Positions 15,230-29,762 of a stretch of DNA of 64,000 bases are shown here, piece after piece. Source of the stretch: the human T2T-CHM13v2.0 reference genome, Homo sapiens; the NCBI RefSeq assembly GCF_009914755.1, contig NC_060942.1, one strand, 5' to 3'. Made by a program: the position numbers and the translations under genes. The first letter of the stretch is position 1. Every line of letters starts with the position of its first letter. The notes beneath the pieces were generated by a model. It was given only the letters and a program-made list of their open reading frames with translations, was not told where the DNA came from and made no database searches.

Positions 15230-15799
15230 ATTATATATATATATACATATATATGCTATTTTAAAAAAAACTACACTATCTTAAATTATGATATTCAGCT
15301 GATTTTGCATCTACTTGACCCTAGGTTCTCAGTGGAAAAGCCAAGGAGACACAGAGCTCAAACATGGGACATAGCCAACAGGAAGTTAATTTCCCTAATG
15401 CATATATTAGGAAACAATACATTTTTCAAGTAATTAACCACTTTGTGCAAAAGTATTTTAAATAATTAAGGAATATAAAGATATATAAGATGACCACAAC
15501 ACAAAGAGTTGCTTCTATCTAGAGTATCTTCTAAGATAAACAGTACATGAATACAACTGTCATAATTTCTGCAAATAATTTTCATCCACTAGAACCCTAT
15601 ACAGTACCTTTAAATGCTCTGTTAACCAGATTGTGGCATCGCTGAGGTCCATGCCCTTCTTTCAGCTTTGAAGCCAGGTGAAGTTGGTTTGAATGCCAGA
15701 TCTTTTACTTAGTGATTGAGTGGCCTCAAAAGTCCCAATTATTATCTAGCATCTGTTGGACCTCTGCATTTATGATTCCATCATCCTGCAGTGTCTGTT

Positions 15800-16045
15800 A
15801 ATTTTCCCATTTGACAAATAGGAAAATGGCAATGCAGTGGTTAAGTGATTTGCTCGAGGTCATGGTTCTGGAATACAGCAGAATTCAGATACTAACATGG
15901 ACCTCCCTGAATTCAAAGCCTTTCCACAGCACCTGTTTTAGACTCTCCAAGCTCTGTGTGTTCAACTATAAAATGTGGATAATGATAAAAGCTTTGAAGT
16001 GACGTTGTGAGGATTAAAAGAGATACTATAAGAAAAACACGCCTG
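15800..16045. mobile_element. MIR fragments (minus, then plus)
   Basis: cccatttgacaaataggaaaat...ttaagtgatttgctcgaggtca; ctataaaatgtggataatgata...gttgtgaggattaaa. Confidence 0.6.
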
Positions 16046-16049
16046 GCTG

Positions 16050-16626
16050 ATTGCTAGAATTCATTCATTTTATATAACTATAACTTTCTATCCATGAGCA
16101 ACAATTCCCCATTTCCCCCAACCTCCATCCCCTGGCAACCACTATTCTATTTTCAGCTTCTATAAGTTTGACCACTTTTGATACCTCATCTAAGTGGAAT
16201 CATGCAGCATTTGTTCTTCTGTGACTGACTTGTTTTACTTAGTGTAAAGTCTTGCAGACCCACCTGTGTTGTTGCAAATGGCAGGATTTTCTTCTTTTTT
16301 AAGGCTGATTAACATTTCATTGTAAATATCTATTATATACATGTGCATAAAGTTATACAAAATGAATAAGTGCCTAGAGTTAACAATACAGTATTGTGCA
16401 TTTCAAAATTTAAGAGAGTAGACCTTATGTTAAGTGTTCTTATCACAAAAAAGGAAAAAAGAAAGGCTCACAAAGAAACTTTTGGGGGTGGTGGATATAT
16501 TTACTGCCTTGATTGTCGTGATGGTATCAAGGATGTATGCATACATCCTAACTTATCACATTGCATACATCCAATATATGCAGCTATTTGTATATCAATT
16601 ATATCTCAATAAAGCTGTTTTTAAAA
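16050..16626 (+). mobile_element. L1MA9/L1MB-type 3' fragment with 5' inversion
   Basis: 16050-16335 is antisense L1 3' sequence (cccctggcaaccactattct, taagtggaatcatgcag); 16350-16626 is the sense 3' end finishing ctcaataaagctgtt. Confidence 0.8.
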
Positions 16627-16974
16627 GTGCCTGGCATAATACTGGGTCAATGGTGGTCTGGTTCACTTATTCAGCCTCATCACTGAGCACCAGCTCTATG
16701 CTATGTACTGTGGAAGACACTGAGAATCTGTGCACAGATGAAGGATGACAACAGCCTCTGACTTCAGATATTAATTTTTATCTCCAGCAACACACACACC
16801 CCATACCCTCTCACCCCTCCATACTTCGAGACTATCTTTCAGTCTTGTAATCCCTATCAGAATGCATGAGAGACAAGTTAAAATTAAAATAGGTCCTCTT
16901 GAAATTAGGCTCAGTAGGAAGTTAATAAGAAATTATCAAAAGTACATTTGTATGTTGAAAGAATATTCTCTTTT

Positions 16975-17233
<259 letters not shown>

Positions 17234-18477
17234 AAAAAAAAAAAAAAAAAAAAAGAATATTCCTTTTTAAATAGTTTTTTTTTTTTTAATTTTCAAGAGA
17301 TTTTATCTGTGATGTGAGTGAAGGTAGCCACAGATGGATTTAATCTCCAGTTTGATGAGCAGTGTGGACGCGTAACAGGACTCCAGCAGACTCTGCAGCT
17401 TGGCCAGGTGCTGGGGGAAGACAGTGAGGCTCTTCCCCCAGTAGGACAGTGCTGGGCCCACAGTGGAGTCTCCAACAGGCAGCCAGAGTTCCAAGCCCAG
17501 CAGTTGGGGTCCCTTCGGTCAGTCAACAACAGGAGAAAGAAAATATAAAGGTGAATCTTTTCCTAAGCAACGTATTTGTCTCTACACTGAGACTTTCTAG
17601 GAAAAAATGCCAATTCAAAGGAGCAATGTAAATGACAGTATAGGACGACATGGAGAGAATGAGGGGAAGAAAGAAATACTTGGTGACAGGGAAGGAGACT
17701 TCCAGTGCCCTCACGGCATTCGGTCATTTCCAAGATTCATTCTCTAAACATTCCTGGGGCATTGACTGTGAGCCTAGTGATGCACTGGGCACCATGGATG
17801 GACATCTGAAGAGATGACAGGGGCTTGTACTTGGGAGCTGCTGGGCAACCACCCAATTCCACCTGTCCTCTGGGGTGGGCCTTGGGCCAGTCCCTAATGC
17901 AAGGGACAGAGGGGCTGTGATTGGTGGTGGCTGGTCATGTGTTTTTCCTGTGGCTGGGATGATGGAGAGGGTCAGGGAGGCATGCTGGTTGGTTAGGAAT
18001 AAAGGCATAAGGAATAAAGTTCTCACACACCCACAAAAAGTATGGGTAAACGGTGATTTGTCAAAGGAAATGAGTTGAGAAGACCAAGCATACCTCCGCT
18101 ATATTCCTAGCAATTCTGCTGTGCATTTAATCTTGTAAGATACAATCCTCACCCTCACAGAGGTCTCATCTTTAAAAAGAGAAAATACGCCTTTTAAAAC
18201 ATTAATCAAAACCAAAAAAAACTACTCAACAGCCAAAAGTACCAACCGCATTTTCATTATCAAGACTACAGGATAATAACACATTGTAAACTTCTGACAA
18301 TGCCATCTTCAGTTTTTAATTGTTTTAGAATTGTCAGCCTTAGGTCAGGTGGAATAGCCTATTGCAAACACTGACCCTTTTTTTACCACATGTAAGAATA
18401 TGAAATTCTGGCATGAACATCTGCTTATAATGCAGTCATAGGAGAGAAGAAGAAAAGACTCATGGAAAGAAGGCCTA

Positions 18478-18951
<474 letters not shown>

Positions 18952-19489
18952 TTATCAGTTACTTTTGCACAGTGAGGAAGATTTTTTTTTTTTAGGTAAA
19001 GCAAGCAGTAAGGTTTTTGTTGTTGCTTTTTTCCAGTTCTATAACCCCATCGTCATTACCATTCTCAAGTAAAGTATTCTTAAGCAAAAGGCAGCAGAGC
19101 AACACTTTGACAGACAGCATCTGAGAACAGCATAAGGTCAGACCAAAACACAGATGAGATTAAAACACTAAGAGAATGAAGACAGAACAGGGCAGATTTA
19201 ACAATTCCACTAATCCCCTAGTGAAGGAGAACTGGAGTTAATGCCATATACATATCAAGTGTCATTGTAGTTTTGTATACATATGTATGTATTTTTCATC
19301 TTGTCACCTGGTTTGATTAACATATGTAGTTCAAATCAAAGTATAAATTCATTTGTGTTTCATCTTTTTTGTTGCCATAATAAAACCTAAGTTTAAAGAA
19401 TCCCATCAGACGTTGATGCAAAATATTGTAACCAGGAAGATCGCAGTGATAATTCCTGTTCCTAGAACCACGCACCTGGTCAGCAAATA

Positions 19490-19997
19490 TTCATTTACTA
19501 AAAGAACCTTTGGAAATCAATGAAGGCTGCCAAGATGAGAAAAAGCAAAGCTGTTTATTCAGAGCTTGCTGTAGCACAGGAGTTGGCCACAGTCACTTGC
19601 ATTTGACAGAGACTCAAAAGCAGGCAGAGGAGTTGAAAAGCTTCATCCTGGAAATAAGGAAGGCTTCAGGTACATGCTGAGCAGAGGCCGTTGGTGTGGG
19701 AAAGCTGAGGGCGACTTACTAGAAGTAGGCACCCTACGGGCTTGGTCAGGGGAGCGTATTTGACTTTCTTTGTGTCGTCTCACATTTGAAGTGGAGAGAA
19801 ACATTAGGAAGGCTGTCAGTTATTGACCAAGCCCTTGCTGTTTTGAGCCAATTGCCACAGAGGTTGTGGTTTGGCTTCCTGGGCTGGTTGGTGCAGGGTG
19901 CATGGTTTTGGCCTTCCAGGTTGCTGCTGCAGGTCGTGTGTCAGAGTTCTATTTTAATATACGGTTGGCCTTATGTGTTTGTATGTTCCATCTCTCA
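19490..19997 (-). mobile_element. ERVL-class solo LTR (MER73/MER74/MER88 group)
   Basis: Minus strand starts TGAGAG...aaaatagaactctgac...cagcccaggaagccaaaccacaacctctg; AATAAA near the distal end. Confidence 0.6.
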
Positions 19998-20052
19998 GGC
20001 CTTCGAGCATGCTACAGATCCCCTGCTCAGCTGAACTCTACAGCTGTTCACA

Positions 20053-20352
20053 TTTTTTTTCTTTTTCTTTTTCTTTTGACACAGGGTCTCATTCTGTCAC
20101 CCATGCTGGAGTGCAGTGGTGCAATCTGGGCTCACTGCAACCTCGCCTCCTTGGCTCAAGTGATTATCCCACCTCAGCCCCCCAAGTAGCTGGGACTACA
20201 AGCCACCACGCCCAACTCATTTTTCTGTATTTTTTGTAAAGACAGGATTTCACCATGTTGGCCAGGCTGGCCTTGAACTCCTGAGCTCAAGTGATCCATC
20301 CGCCTCAGCCTCCAAAAGTGCCAGAGTTACAGGTGTGAGCCATTGCACCAGT
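20053..20352 (-). mobile_element. AluJb
   Basis: Reverse Alu with gctcaagtgat; TSD cagctgttcacattt. Confidence 0.93.
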
Positions 20353-20693
20353 CTTCAGCTGTTCACATTTATTTCCAGTGGTCAGAATACATTTCCACTG
20401 AGAAAAGGATGATTTCTAACTTTTCTTTCATGCCAAAGTGTTCCATCTTTGCCAGTATGAATTCAAAAGAAATTACTAAAACAAAGACATTCTGAAGTAA
20501 ATCAGAGTTGACTGCAAAAGGGGACTATGGTATCAGAAAATGAGTTTGAGCTTCACTCCCAGCAGAAAGCTCAAAGCGAGTACTAAGAGAGACTGGGAGA
20601 GTTTAGTAGAGACTAGACAGTGAGTACTGGGCTGGAAATCTTAAAATTGGGCATAGGGCATTCCCACAAAGAGCTTCAGGGGAAATTGCATTC

Positions 20694-20991
<298 letters not shown>

Positions 20992-21799
20992 CTGGAAATT
21001 GCATTTTCTATGCTTTTTCTAGGTCAGATATTGTAAGTTTAAAACATCCATTTGGTGAGAATTGATAGTAAAGTAACTAACACCACCCCATAATACCTTT
21101 TTAATGCATGATTGAATAATTTATTCTCCCTAAGAAATGGGGGAACCCATGAGGGCTCCCCATCCCCAACAGAATCCATTCCCAAGTCCTTAATGTGGCT
21201 CACACGTCCCTTCCTGACCTTCTAGCTCCTCCCGCCTCTTGAGCTTCATCTCCTAAAACTCCCACTTCTACTTCCCTCCCATTCCTCACACAAAGACAGA
21301 ACACCAGCACTAGTCAGGCTAAATTGACGGCAATCCCTTGAGAACAACATGCCCCAAGTTTTGGAATTTGCAAATGATTTTCCTTGTCCTTGAACTTTTT
21401 TCTCACTTTCTGTCTGCTTGGTAATGTATTCATCCTCTAAGACTCAGTCTACTCTGAAAAGGTTTTTGTGACCCCGCATATATTGGAAAGAAGAAAGGGA
21501 AAAAGGAAGAATATTTCTCTTGAATGTACTCCATGAAAAGGTAACACATAAAAATATAAATTACCAAGTGGTGTTGCTGGAGAACACGCAAGCTCCAGCG
21601 TCAGGCAGACAGATTGATGAAATCTGTGGTCCTCCGCAGATTCCTCTTTCTCTCAATCTCTTCAATAGTAAAATAAAGAAAACAACCCCTGTCTCTTGGG
21701 ATTGTTGTGACATAGGCCAAGCACAGGCCAGTCGCACAGATGATGCTTATTATAAGTTTTTTCCTTCTCCCTTCCTCGCCCAAAGCAGCAGCATTATTA

Positions 21800-22000
21800 A
21801 GGATTAACACTTGTATAAATTTTAGAATTTACAGGTACTTTGTAAACAATTGTCATATTTCATCTTTCAATCAACCCTACAAAATAGGTTGCATTTATTA
21901 TCTGCAGAAAGAGAAATTGAGGTCAGAGGGAAGTTGATTGTGAAGTCTGAAACCTGGCTAGGTCCACTGAGGCCAAATTCTATAATGCCATTTTAAACTC
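21800..22000 (-). mobile_element. MIR
   Basis: caaccctacaaaatagg...ctgcagaaagagaaattgaggtcagag. Confidence 0.6.
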
Positions 22001-23009
22001 ATTCCATTGACCTGAAAGACCCTGATATTTCCACACACACACAACATTTTTAACGTTGTTTTTAAGTACTTAAATGTTGTCAAAAACTTATTATTAATCA
22101 TGCTCTGTTTTCACATTTCAACAGAACAATAAGCTAACTGGGATCAAAATCTCAGAAACGAATTACATTAGATATTAACAATTATTTTAGGCCTGTATGG
22201 TGCTGTCCTTGTTAGTTTTCAATTTTAAAACTTTGGTGAGACATTTGAAGTTCTGAACTGTGGGTAAAATTTAATGAGACCCTCTTGTTTGATAAGGAAG
22301 TATGTGTCATGCTAAGAATAAGCAATAAGTCATTGAAAGGGGAAAAAACTATGCACATATATTTATGTAGATTTTATCAGATGGTTTCATGCATTGGATT
22401 ATTAAGTGCTCTAAATTTTTAAGCAACTTTAATGCAAACAACTAAAAACTAGCATAACCATTTTTGCTAAAACAAAGAGCTGTCTTTTGCAAAATGGCCA
22501 AAACATACAGAAAAAGTCACTTCAAACCTCCTGAAGTGACAAGTAGTATTATTCATTGGTTGTAGCACCCCTCATTCTAGCCCCCTTCTTTCATGTTTCC
22601 AGTGAAAATATAGCAGACCTCTATTGATTGGACCAAGTTTCAAACACATTAAAATCTTATTTTACAAAATCTTCTCAGGGAAAAGCTCTCTACTAAGGAG
22701 AGGCTACCCAATCACTAAACATGACAGATCAGGCTTTGGGATACAGGTCCCACTATTCACAGTTATCCCTCATGAATGGCCAGAGAAAAAGAGCACTAGA
22801 GGGTCCATTCGTCTTCTTTCCTGCAAGTCTTTATTGATAGGGAGCTCTGGAGAATCACTTGTTATTCTGAGCAGGGCCACACCTAATGCTTGTGGAGTCC
22901 AAGGCAAGGGTACAAATGGAAGCTCATTTCTGTATGTCTAAATATCTTAAAATTATAAGTAGCAAAACATTTAACAAAATAGCTTCCATCACCCTACCTT
23001 TGCAAACAA

Positions 23010-23311
23010 TTTTTTTTTTTTTTTTTTTGAGACGGGGTCTCGTTCTGCCGGCCAGGCTGGAGTGCACTGGTGCAATCTTGGCTCACTGCAAGCTCCGCCT
23101 CCTGGGTTCACGCCATTCTCCTGCCTCAGCCTCCTGAGTAGCTGGGACTACAGGCACCCGTCACCACGCCCAGCTAATATTTTTGTATTTTTAGTAGAGA
23201 AGGGGGTTTCACCATGTTAGCCAGGATGGTCTCGATCTCTTGACCTCGTGATCCACCCGCCTCGGCCTCCCAAAGTGCTGGGATTACAGGCTTGAGCCAC
23301 CGCGCCTGGCC
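23010..23311 (-). mobile_element. AluY
   Basis: gcaagctccgcctcc, ttcacgccattc; TSD tgcaaaca. Confidence 0.95.
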
Positions 23312-23547
23312 TGCAAACACATTTTTATAACAACATGGCAGGCCTGGTTTCAATTTAGAATTCTCAGGTTCTCTCACGTTCTCATGGTAGGATACAGTGG
23401 TGTGGGAAGACCAGACCCTTGACTACTCCCCTACTATTTGCATCATAAGGAAAAAAACTATACTTATATATTTATATTGATTTTAAATGAAATATCTCCC
23501 TAGCATGCATATGATACCCTCAAGTTCAAGTTCTGTCTACAGGCTTT

Positions 23548-23787
23548 TGGCCTCCTCTCAAGCCTAAAATGTGCACATCAGAGCTGTGGTCCACCCCTGG
23601 GAGGTCAGTAGAGGTAAGCGGCCCATACAGGCCCTAGAAGCCATCTCAGGGCCATGGGAGCAGGGGACTGGCCTCCGCTCAGGCCTCAAACGTGCACATC
23701 AGAGCTGTGGTCCACCCTGGGAGGCCAGTGGAGGTAGGAGGCCCACACAGGCTCTACAAGCAACCTCAGGGCTATGTGTGTAAAGGA
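23548..23787 (+). repeat. Two-copy ~121 bp tandem duplication
   Basis: tggcctcc...gtgcacatcagagctgtggtccaccc...ctcagggc at 23548 and 23669. Confidence 0.9.
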
Positions 23788-26700
23788 TTCTAGGGTCATG
23801 GGGACCTAGAATATGGTAGATGGGAGGTTGCAGGCTGCCTGGACCCACAGACTCCTTCTCCTTAATGAGAAGTGTGACCAGAAAGGTGACAGGGAGTCCC
23901 TCAAAAGCACAGGGACCAGAGCAGGTTCCCTCTTGCCCAGGTTTCTGTATCTTTATTACAAAAATAAATAATGTTTTCCTCTCCTAAAGGCCCCAGCACA
24001 TGTAAAGATGCCCCAATTTTCAATATCAACTCATCATTCTCAACATTTCTCTACTACACTTTTAAAAGTTGATTACCAGAAAAAATAAGTCATTAGTTGT
24101 TGTTTTATATCGAATATATTCTTATTGGTATTTTTCTTTAATAATTCAAAAAGGATTGGGTAAAATACCTGAGATTTTATCTACCAGTAAGAAGCAGCAA
24201 TATTCCCATTAATATGAGTTACCAAGAATCATCAAGTCATAAATTAGCAAAACCTCTGTAAGCCCAATATTCAAAAATTTTCACTTAGAGATAAGTAAGT
24301 TTTTTGCCTACAAGCAAAATAGGGTAGCACAGACCAGATTTACTCATTCACTCAAAACAAGCAAAAAAAAAAAAAAATTCAGAATGATCTGAACAGACAC
24401 TTATTTTTTTTTTTTTACTTTTAATCTTTTTCAACTTTTGGTTCAGGAGTACATGTGCAGGTTACTTATACACGTAAACTTGTATCATATCATGGGGGTT
24501 TGGTTTACAGATTCTTTCATCAACCAGGTACTAAGCCTCATGTCCAATTGTTATTTTTTCTGATCCTCCCCCTCCACCTACCCTTCACCCTCAAGTAGGC
24601 CTCTGTCTGTTGTTCCTCTCTTTGTGTCCATGTGTTCTCATCATTTAGCTCCCACTTATACGTGAGAACACGTGGTATTTGGTTTTCTGTTCCTATGTTA
24701 GCTTGCTAAGGATAATGGCCTCCAGCTCCATTCATGTTCCTGCAAAGGATATGATCCCATTCTTTTTTATGACTGCATAATATTCCATGGTGTATATGTA
24801 CCACATCTCTTTATTCAGTCTACCATCAGTGGACATTTAGGTTGATTCCATGTCTTTGCTATTGTGAATAGTGCTGCAATGAACATATATGTGCATGTGT
24901 CTTTGAAATAGAACAATTTATATTCCTTTGGGTATATACCTAATAATGGGATTGCTGGGTCAAATGGTAGTTCTGTGTTTAGCTCTTTGAGGAATCACCA
25001 CACTGCTTTCGACAATGTTTGAACTAATTTACACTCCCACCAACAGCGTATAAGTGTTCCCTTTTCTCCACAGCCTTGCCAGCACCTGTTATTTTTTGAC
25101 TTTTTAATAATAGCCATTGTGACTGGTATGAGATAGTATCTCATTGTGGTTTTGATTTGCATTTCTCTAATGATAGTGATGAGCTTTTCTTCATATGAAT
25201 GTTGGCCGCATGTATGTCTTCTTTTGAAAAGAGTCTGTTCATGTCCTTTGCCCACTTTTTAATGAGGTTGTTTTTTTCTTGTAAATTTGTTTAAGTTCTT
25301 CATAGATGTTGGATATTAGACCTTTGTCAGAGGCATAGTTTGCAAATATTTTCTCTCATTCTATAGGTTGTCTGTTTCCTCTGTTGATAGTTTCTTTTGC
25401 TATGCAGAAACTTTTAAGTTTAATTAGATCCCATTTGGCAATTTTTGCTTTGTTGTGATTGCTTTTGACATCTTCGTCATGAAATCTTTGCCCATTCCTA
25501 TGTCCAGAATGGTATTGCCTAGGTTGTCTTCCAGGGCTTTTATGGTTTGGGGTTTTACATTTAAGTCTTTAATCCATCTTGAGTTGATTTTTGTATATGG
25601 TGTAAGGACGGGATCCAGTTTCAGTCTTCTACTAATGGCTAACCAGTTATCCCAGCACCATTTACTGAATAGGGAATCCTTCCCCCGTAGCTTGTTTTTG
25701 TCAGCTTTGTCAAATATCAGATGGCTGTAGGTGTGCAGCCTTGTTTCTGGGTTCTCTATTCCGTAACATTGGTCTATATGACTGTTTTTGGTTTTTTGTT
25801 TTTCCATAGGTTTTTGTGGTACAGATGGTGTTTGGTTACATGACTAAATTCTTTAGTGGTGATTTGTGAGATTGTGGTGCACCCATCACCCAAGCAGTGT
25901 ACACTGCACCCTATTTGTAGTCTTTTATCCCTCACCCCCTTCCCACCCTTTCCCCCAAGTCCCCAAAGTGCATTGTATTATTTTTATGCCTTTGTGTCCT
26001 CATAGCTTATTTCCCACATATCACTGAGTACATACAATATTTGGTTTTCCATTCCTGAGTTACTTCGCATAGAATAATAGTCTCCAATCTCATCCAGGTC
26101 ACTGGAAATGCTGTTAATTCATTCCTTTTTATGGCTGAGTAGTATTCCATTGTATATATGTATATATACTACGGTTTCTTTATCCATTCATTGACTGTTG
26201 GGCATTTGGGTTGGTTCCACAATTTTGCAATTGTGAATCATGGTGCTATAAACATGCATGTGCAAGTATCTTTTTTGTATAATGATTTCTTTTCCTCTGG
26301 GTAGATAACTAGTAGTGGGATTGCTGGATCAAGTGGTATTTCTACCTTTAGCTATTTTAGGAATCTCCACACTGTTTTCCATAGTGGCTGTACTAGTTTC
26401 CAATCCCACCAGCAGTGTAGAAGTGTTCCTTGATCACCACATCCATGCCAACATCTACTGTTTTTTGAGTTTTTGATTATGGCCATTCTTGCAGAAGTAA
26501 GGTGGTATCGCATTGAGTTTTGATTTGCATTTCCCTGATCACTAGTGATGCTGAGCACGTTTCATATATCTGTTGGCCATTTGTATATCTTCTTTTGAGA
26601 ATTGTTTATTCATGTCCTTAGCCCACTTTTGGATGGGAAGTTTTGTTTTTTCTTTGCTGATCTGTTTGAGTTCATTATAGATTCTGGATATTAGTCCTTT

Positions 26701-28942
26701 GTCAGATGTATAGATTATGAAGATTTTCTTCCAGTCTGTGGGTTGTCCGTTTACTCTGCTGACTATTCCTTTTACCATGGAAAAGCTCTTAAGTTTAATT
26801 AAGTCCCAACTATTTATCTTTGTTTTTATTGCATTTGCTTTTGGGTTCTTGGTCATGAAATCTTTGCCTAAGCCAGTGTCTAGAAGGTTTTTCCAATGTT
26901 ATCTTCTAGAATCTTACATTTAAGTCCTTAATCCATCTTGAGTTGACTTTTGTATAAAGTGAGAGATGAGGATTCAGTTTCATTCTCCTACATGTGGCTA
27001 GCCAATTATCCCAGCACCATTTGTTGAAAAGGGTGTCATTTCCCCACTTTAAGTTTTCATTTGCTTTGTCAAAGGTCAGTTGGCTGTAAGTATTTGGGCT
27101 TATTTCTAGGTTCTCTAGTCTGTCCCATTGGCCTATGTGCCTGTTTTTATACCAGTACCACACTGTTTTGCTGACTATGGCCTTATAGTATAGCTTCAAG
27201 TCAGATAATGTGATGCCTCCAGATTTGTTATTTTTACTTAGTCTTGCTTTGGCTATGTGGGATCTTTTTTGGTTCCATATGAATTTTTAGAATTGTTTTC
27301 TCTAATTCCGTGAAGAATGATGGAGGTAGTTTAATGGGAGTTGCATTGAATTTGTAGATTGGTTTTGGTAGTGTGGTCATTTTCACAATATTGATTCTAC
27401 CCATCCATTGGCATGGGATGTGTTTCCATTTGTTTGTGTCATCTATGATTTCTTTCAGCAGTGTTTTGTAGTTTTCTTTGTAGAGGTCTTCTGCCTCTTT
27501 GGTTAGGTATATTCCTAAGTTTTTGTTTTGTTTTGTTTTTTTGGGGTTTTTTTTGCAGCTATTGGAAAAGGAGTTTAGTTCTTGATTTGATTCTCCACTT
27601 GATCACTGATGGTGCATAGGAGAGCTACTGATTTGTGTACATTAATCTTGTATCTGCAAACTTTGCTGAATTCTTTTATCAGTTCTAGGAACTTTCTGGA
27701 GGAGTCTTTAGGGTTTTCTAGGTAAACGATCATATAGTCAGCAAACAGTGACAGTTTAACTTCCTTTTTACTGATTTGGATGCCCTTGATTTCTTTCTCT
27801 TGTCTGACTGCTCTGGCTAGGACTTCCAGTACTATGTTAAAGAGGAGTGGAGAGAGTGGGCATCCTTGTCTTGTTCCAGTTCTCAGGGGGGAAGGCTTTC
27901 AATTTTTCCCCATCTGTTATTATGTTGGCTGTGGGTTTGCCATAGATGGCTTTTATTACATTGAGGTATGCCCCCTGTATGCCAATTTTCCTGAGAGTTT
28001 TAATCATAAAGGGATGCTAGATTTAGACAAATGCTCTTTCTGCATCTGTTGAGATGATCATGTGATTTTTGTTTTTAATTCTGTTTATGTGCTGCATCAC
28101 ATTTATTGACTTGCATATGTTAAACCATCCCTGCATCCCTACTGTGAAACCCACTTGATGATGGTGGATTTTTTGATATATTTTTGGATTCAGTTAGCTA
28201 GCATTTTGTTAAGAATTTTTGCACCAAGTTCATCAAAAATATTGGTCTGTAGTTTTCTTTTTTGATTATGTCCTTTCTTGGTTTTGGTATTAGGGTGATG
28301 CTGGCTTCATAACATGATTTAGGGAGGGTTCCCTCTTTCTCTCTCTTGTGGAATAGTGTCAAAAGGATTGGTACAAATTCTTCTTTGAATGTCTGGTAGA
28401 CTGCTGCTGTGAATCCATCTGGTCCTGGACTTTTTTTGTTGGTAATTTTTAAATTACCATTTCAATCTCACTACGTGTTATGGGTCTGTTCAGGGTATAT
28501 AATTCTTTCTGATTTAAGCTAGGAGGGTTGTATTTTTCCAGGAACTCATTCATCTTTTCTAGGTTTTCTTGTTTATGTGCATAATGGTGTTCATAGTAGC
28601 CTTGAATGATCTTTTGTATTTCTGTGGTGTCAGTTGTAATATCTCCCGTTTCATTTCGTATTTAGATTGTTCGGATTTTCTCTCCCCTTTTCTTAGTTAA
28701 TCTTGCTAATGGTCTATCAATTTTATTTACCTTTTCAAAGAACCAGTTTTTGTCTTATTTCTCTTTTGTATTTTTTTTGTTTCAATTCTATTTAGTTCTG
28801 CTCTGATCTTGGTTATTTCCTTTCTTCTGCTGGGCTTGGGTTTGATTTGTTCTTGTTTCTCGAACAAGGTGTGACCCTAGAATGTCTGTTTGTGGTCTTT
28901 CAGACTTTTTGACATAGGTGTTTAGGGCTATGAACTTTCCTC

Positions 28943-29302
28943 TTAACACCGCCTTTGCTGATCCCAAAGGTTTTGATAGCTTGTTTCATTAATGTCATTC
29001 CATTTTAAGAATTTTTTAATTTCCATCTTGATTTTATTTTTGACCCAATGATCATTCAGGAGAACGTTATTTAATTTCCATGTAAATACATTTAAATTCA
29101 TTGCTTCTTTGCTGACTTTCTGTCTTGATGACCTGTCTAGTGTTGTCAGTGGAGTATTGAAGTCCCCCACTATTATTGTGTTGCTATCTATCTCAATTCT
29201 TTGGTCTGTTAGTAACTGTTTTATAAATTTAGGAGCTCTGGTGTTAAGTGCATATATGTTTAGGATTGTGATATTTTCCTGTTGGACAAGGCCTTTTACC
29301 AT
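28943..29302 (-). pseudogene. L1 ORF2 endonuclease remnant with internal deletion
   Basis: [33 protein letters not shown] fused directly to [14 protein letters not shown]. Confidence 0.9.
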
Positions 29303-29762
29303 TATATAATGTCCCTCTTGTCTTTTTTAACTGCTGTTGCTTTAAAGTTCGTTTTGTCTGATATAAGAATAGCTACCCTTGCTCACTTTTGGTGTCCATT
29401 TGCATGGAATGCCTTTTTCCACCCCTTTAAGTTTATGTGAGTCGTTATGTGCCAGGTGAGTCTATTGAATGCAGCAGATACTTGGTTGGTGATTTCTTAT
29501 CCATTCTGTAGTTCTATATCTTTTAAGTGGAGCATTTAGGCCATTTACATTCAATGTTACTATTGATATGTGCGGTACCATTCCATTTATTGTGCTATTT
29601 GTTGCCTGTGTACCTTGTTTTTTTCTTTATTGTTTTTGCTTTTTAAATTGTATTTCTGTTTTACAGGTCTGTGAGATTTATGCTTTAAAGAGGTTCTGTT
29701 TTAATGTGTTTCCAGGATTTGTTTCTAAGATTTAGAGCTCCTTTTAGCAGTTTTTGTAGTGG

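Larger units (their letters stand above)
22872..23950 (+). mobile_element. MER115-like hAT-Tip100 DNA transposon, containing an AluY and an internal tandem duplication
   Basis: cagggcc...ggcaagggtacaaatgga...tatgtctaaatat...caatttagaattctc...ccctcttgcccagg. Confidence 0.7.

Noticed and set aside
17416-17435. CAGTGA loop suggesting an iron-responsive element
   Set aside because: The loop is 9 nt and lacks the 5-bp upper stem and unpaired C of a canonical IRE
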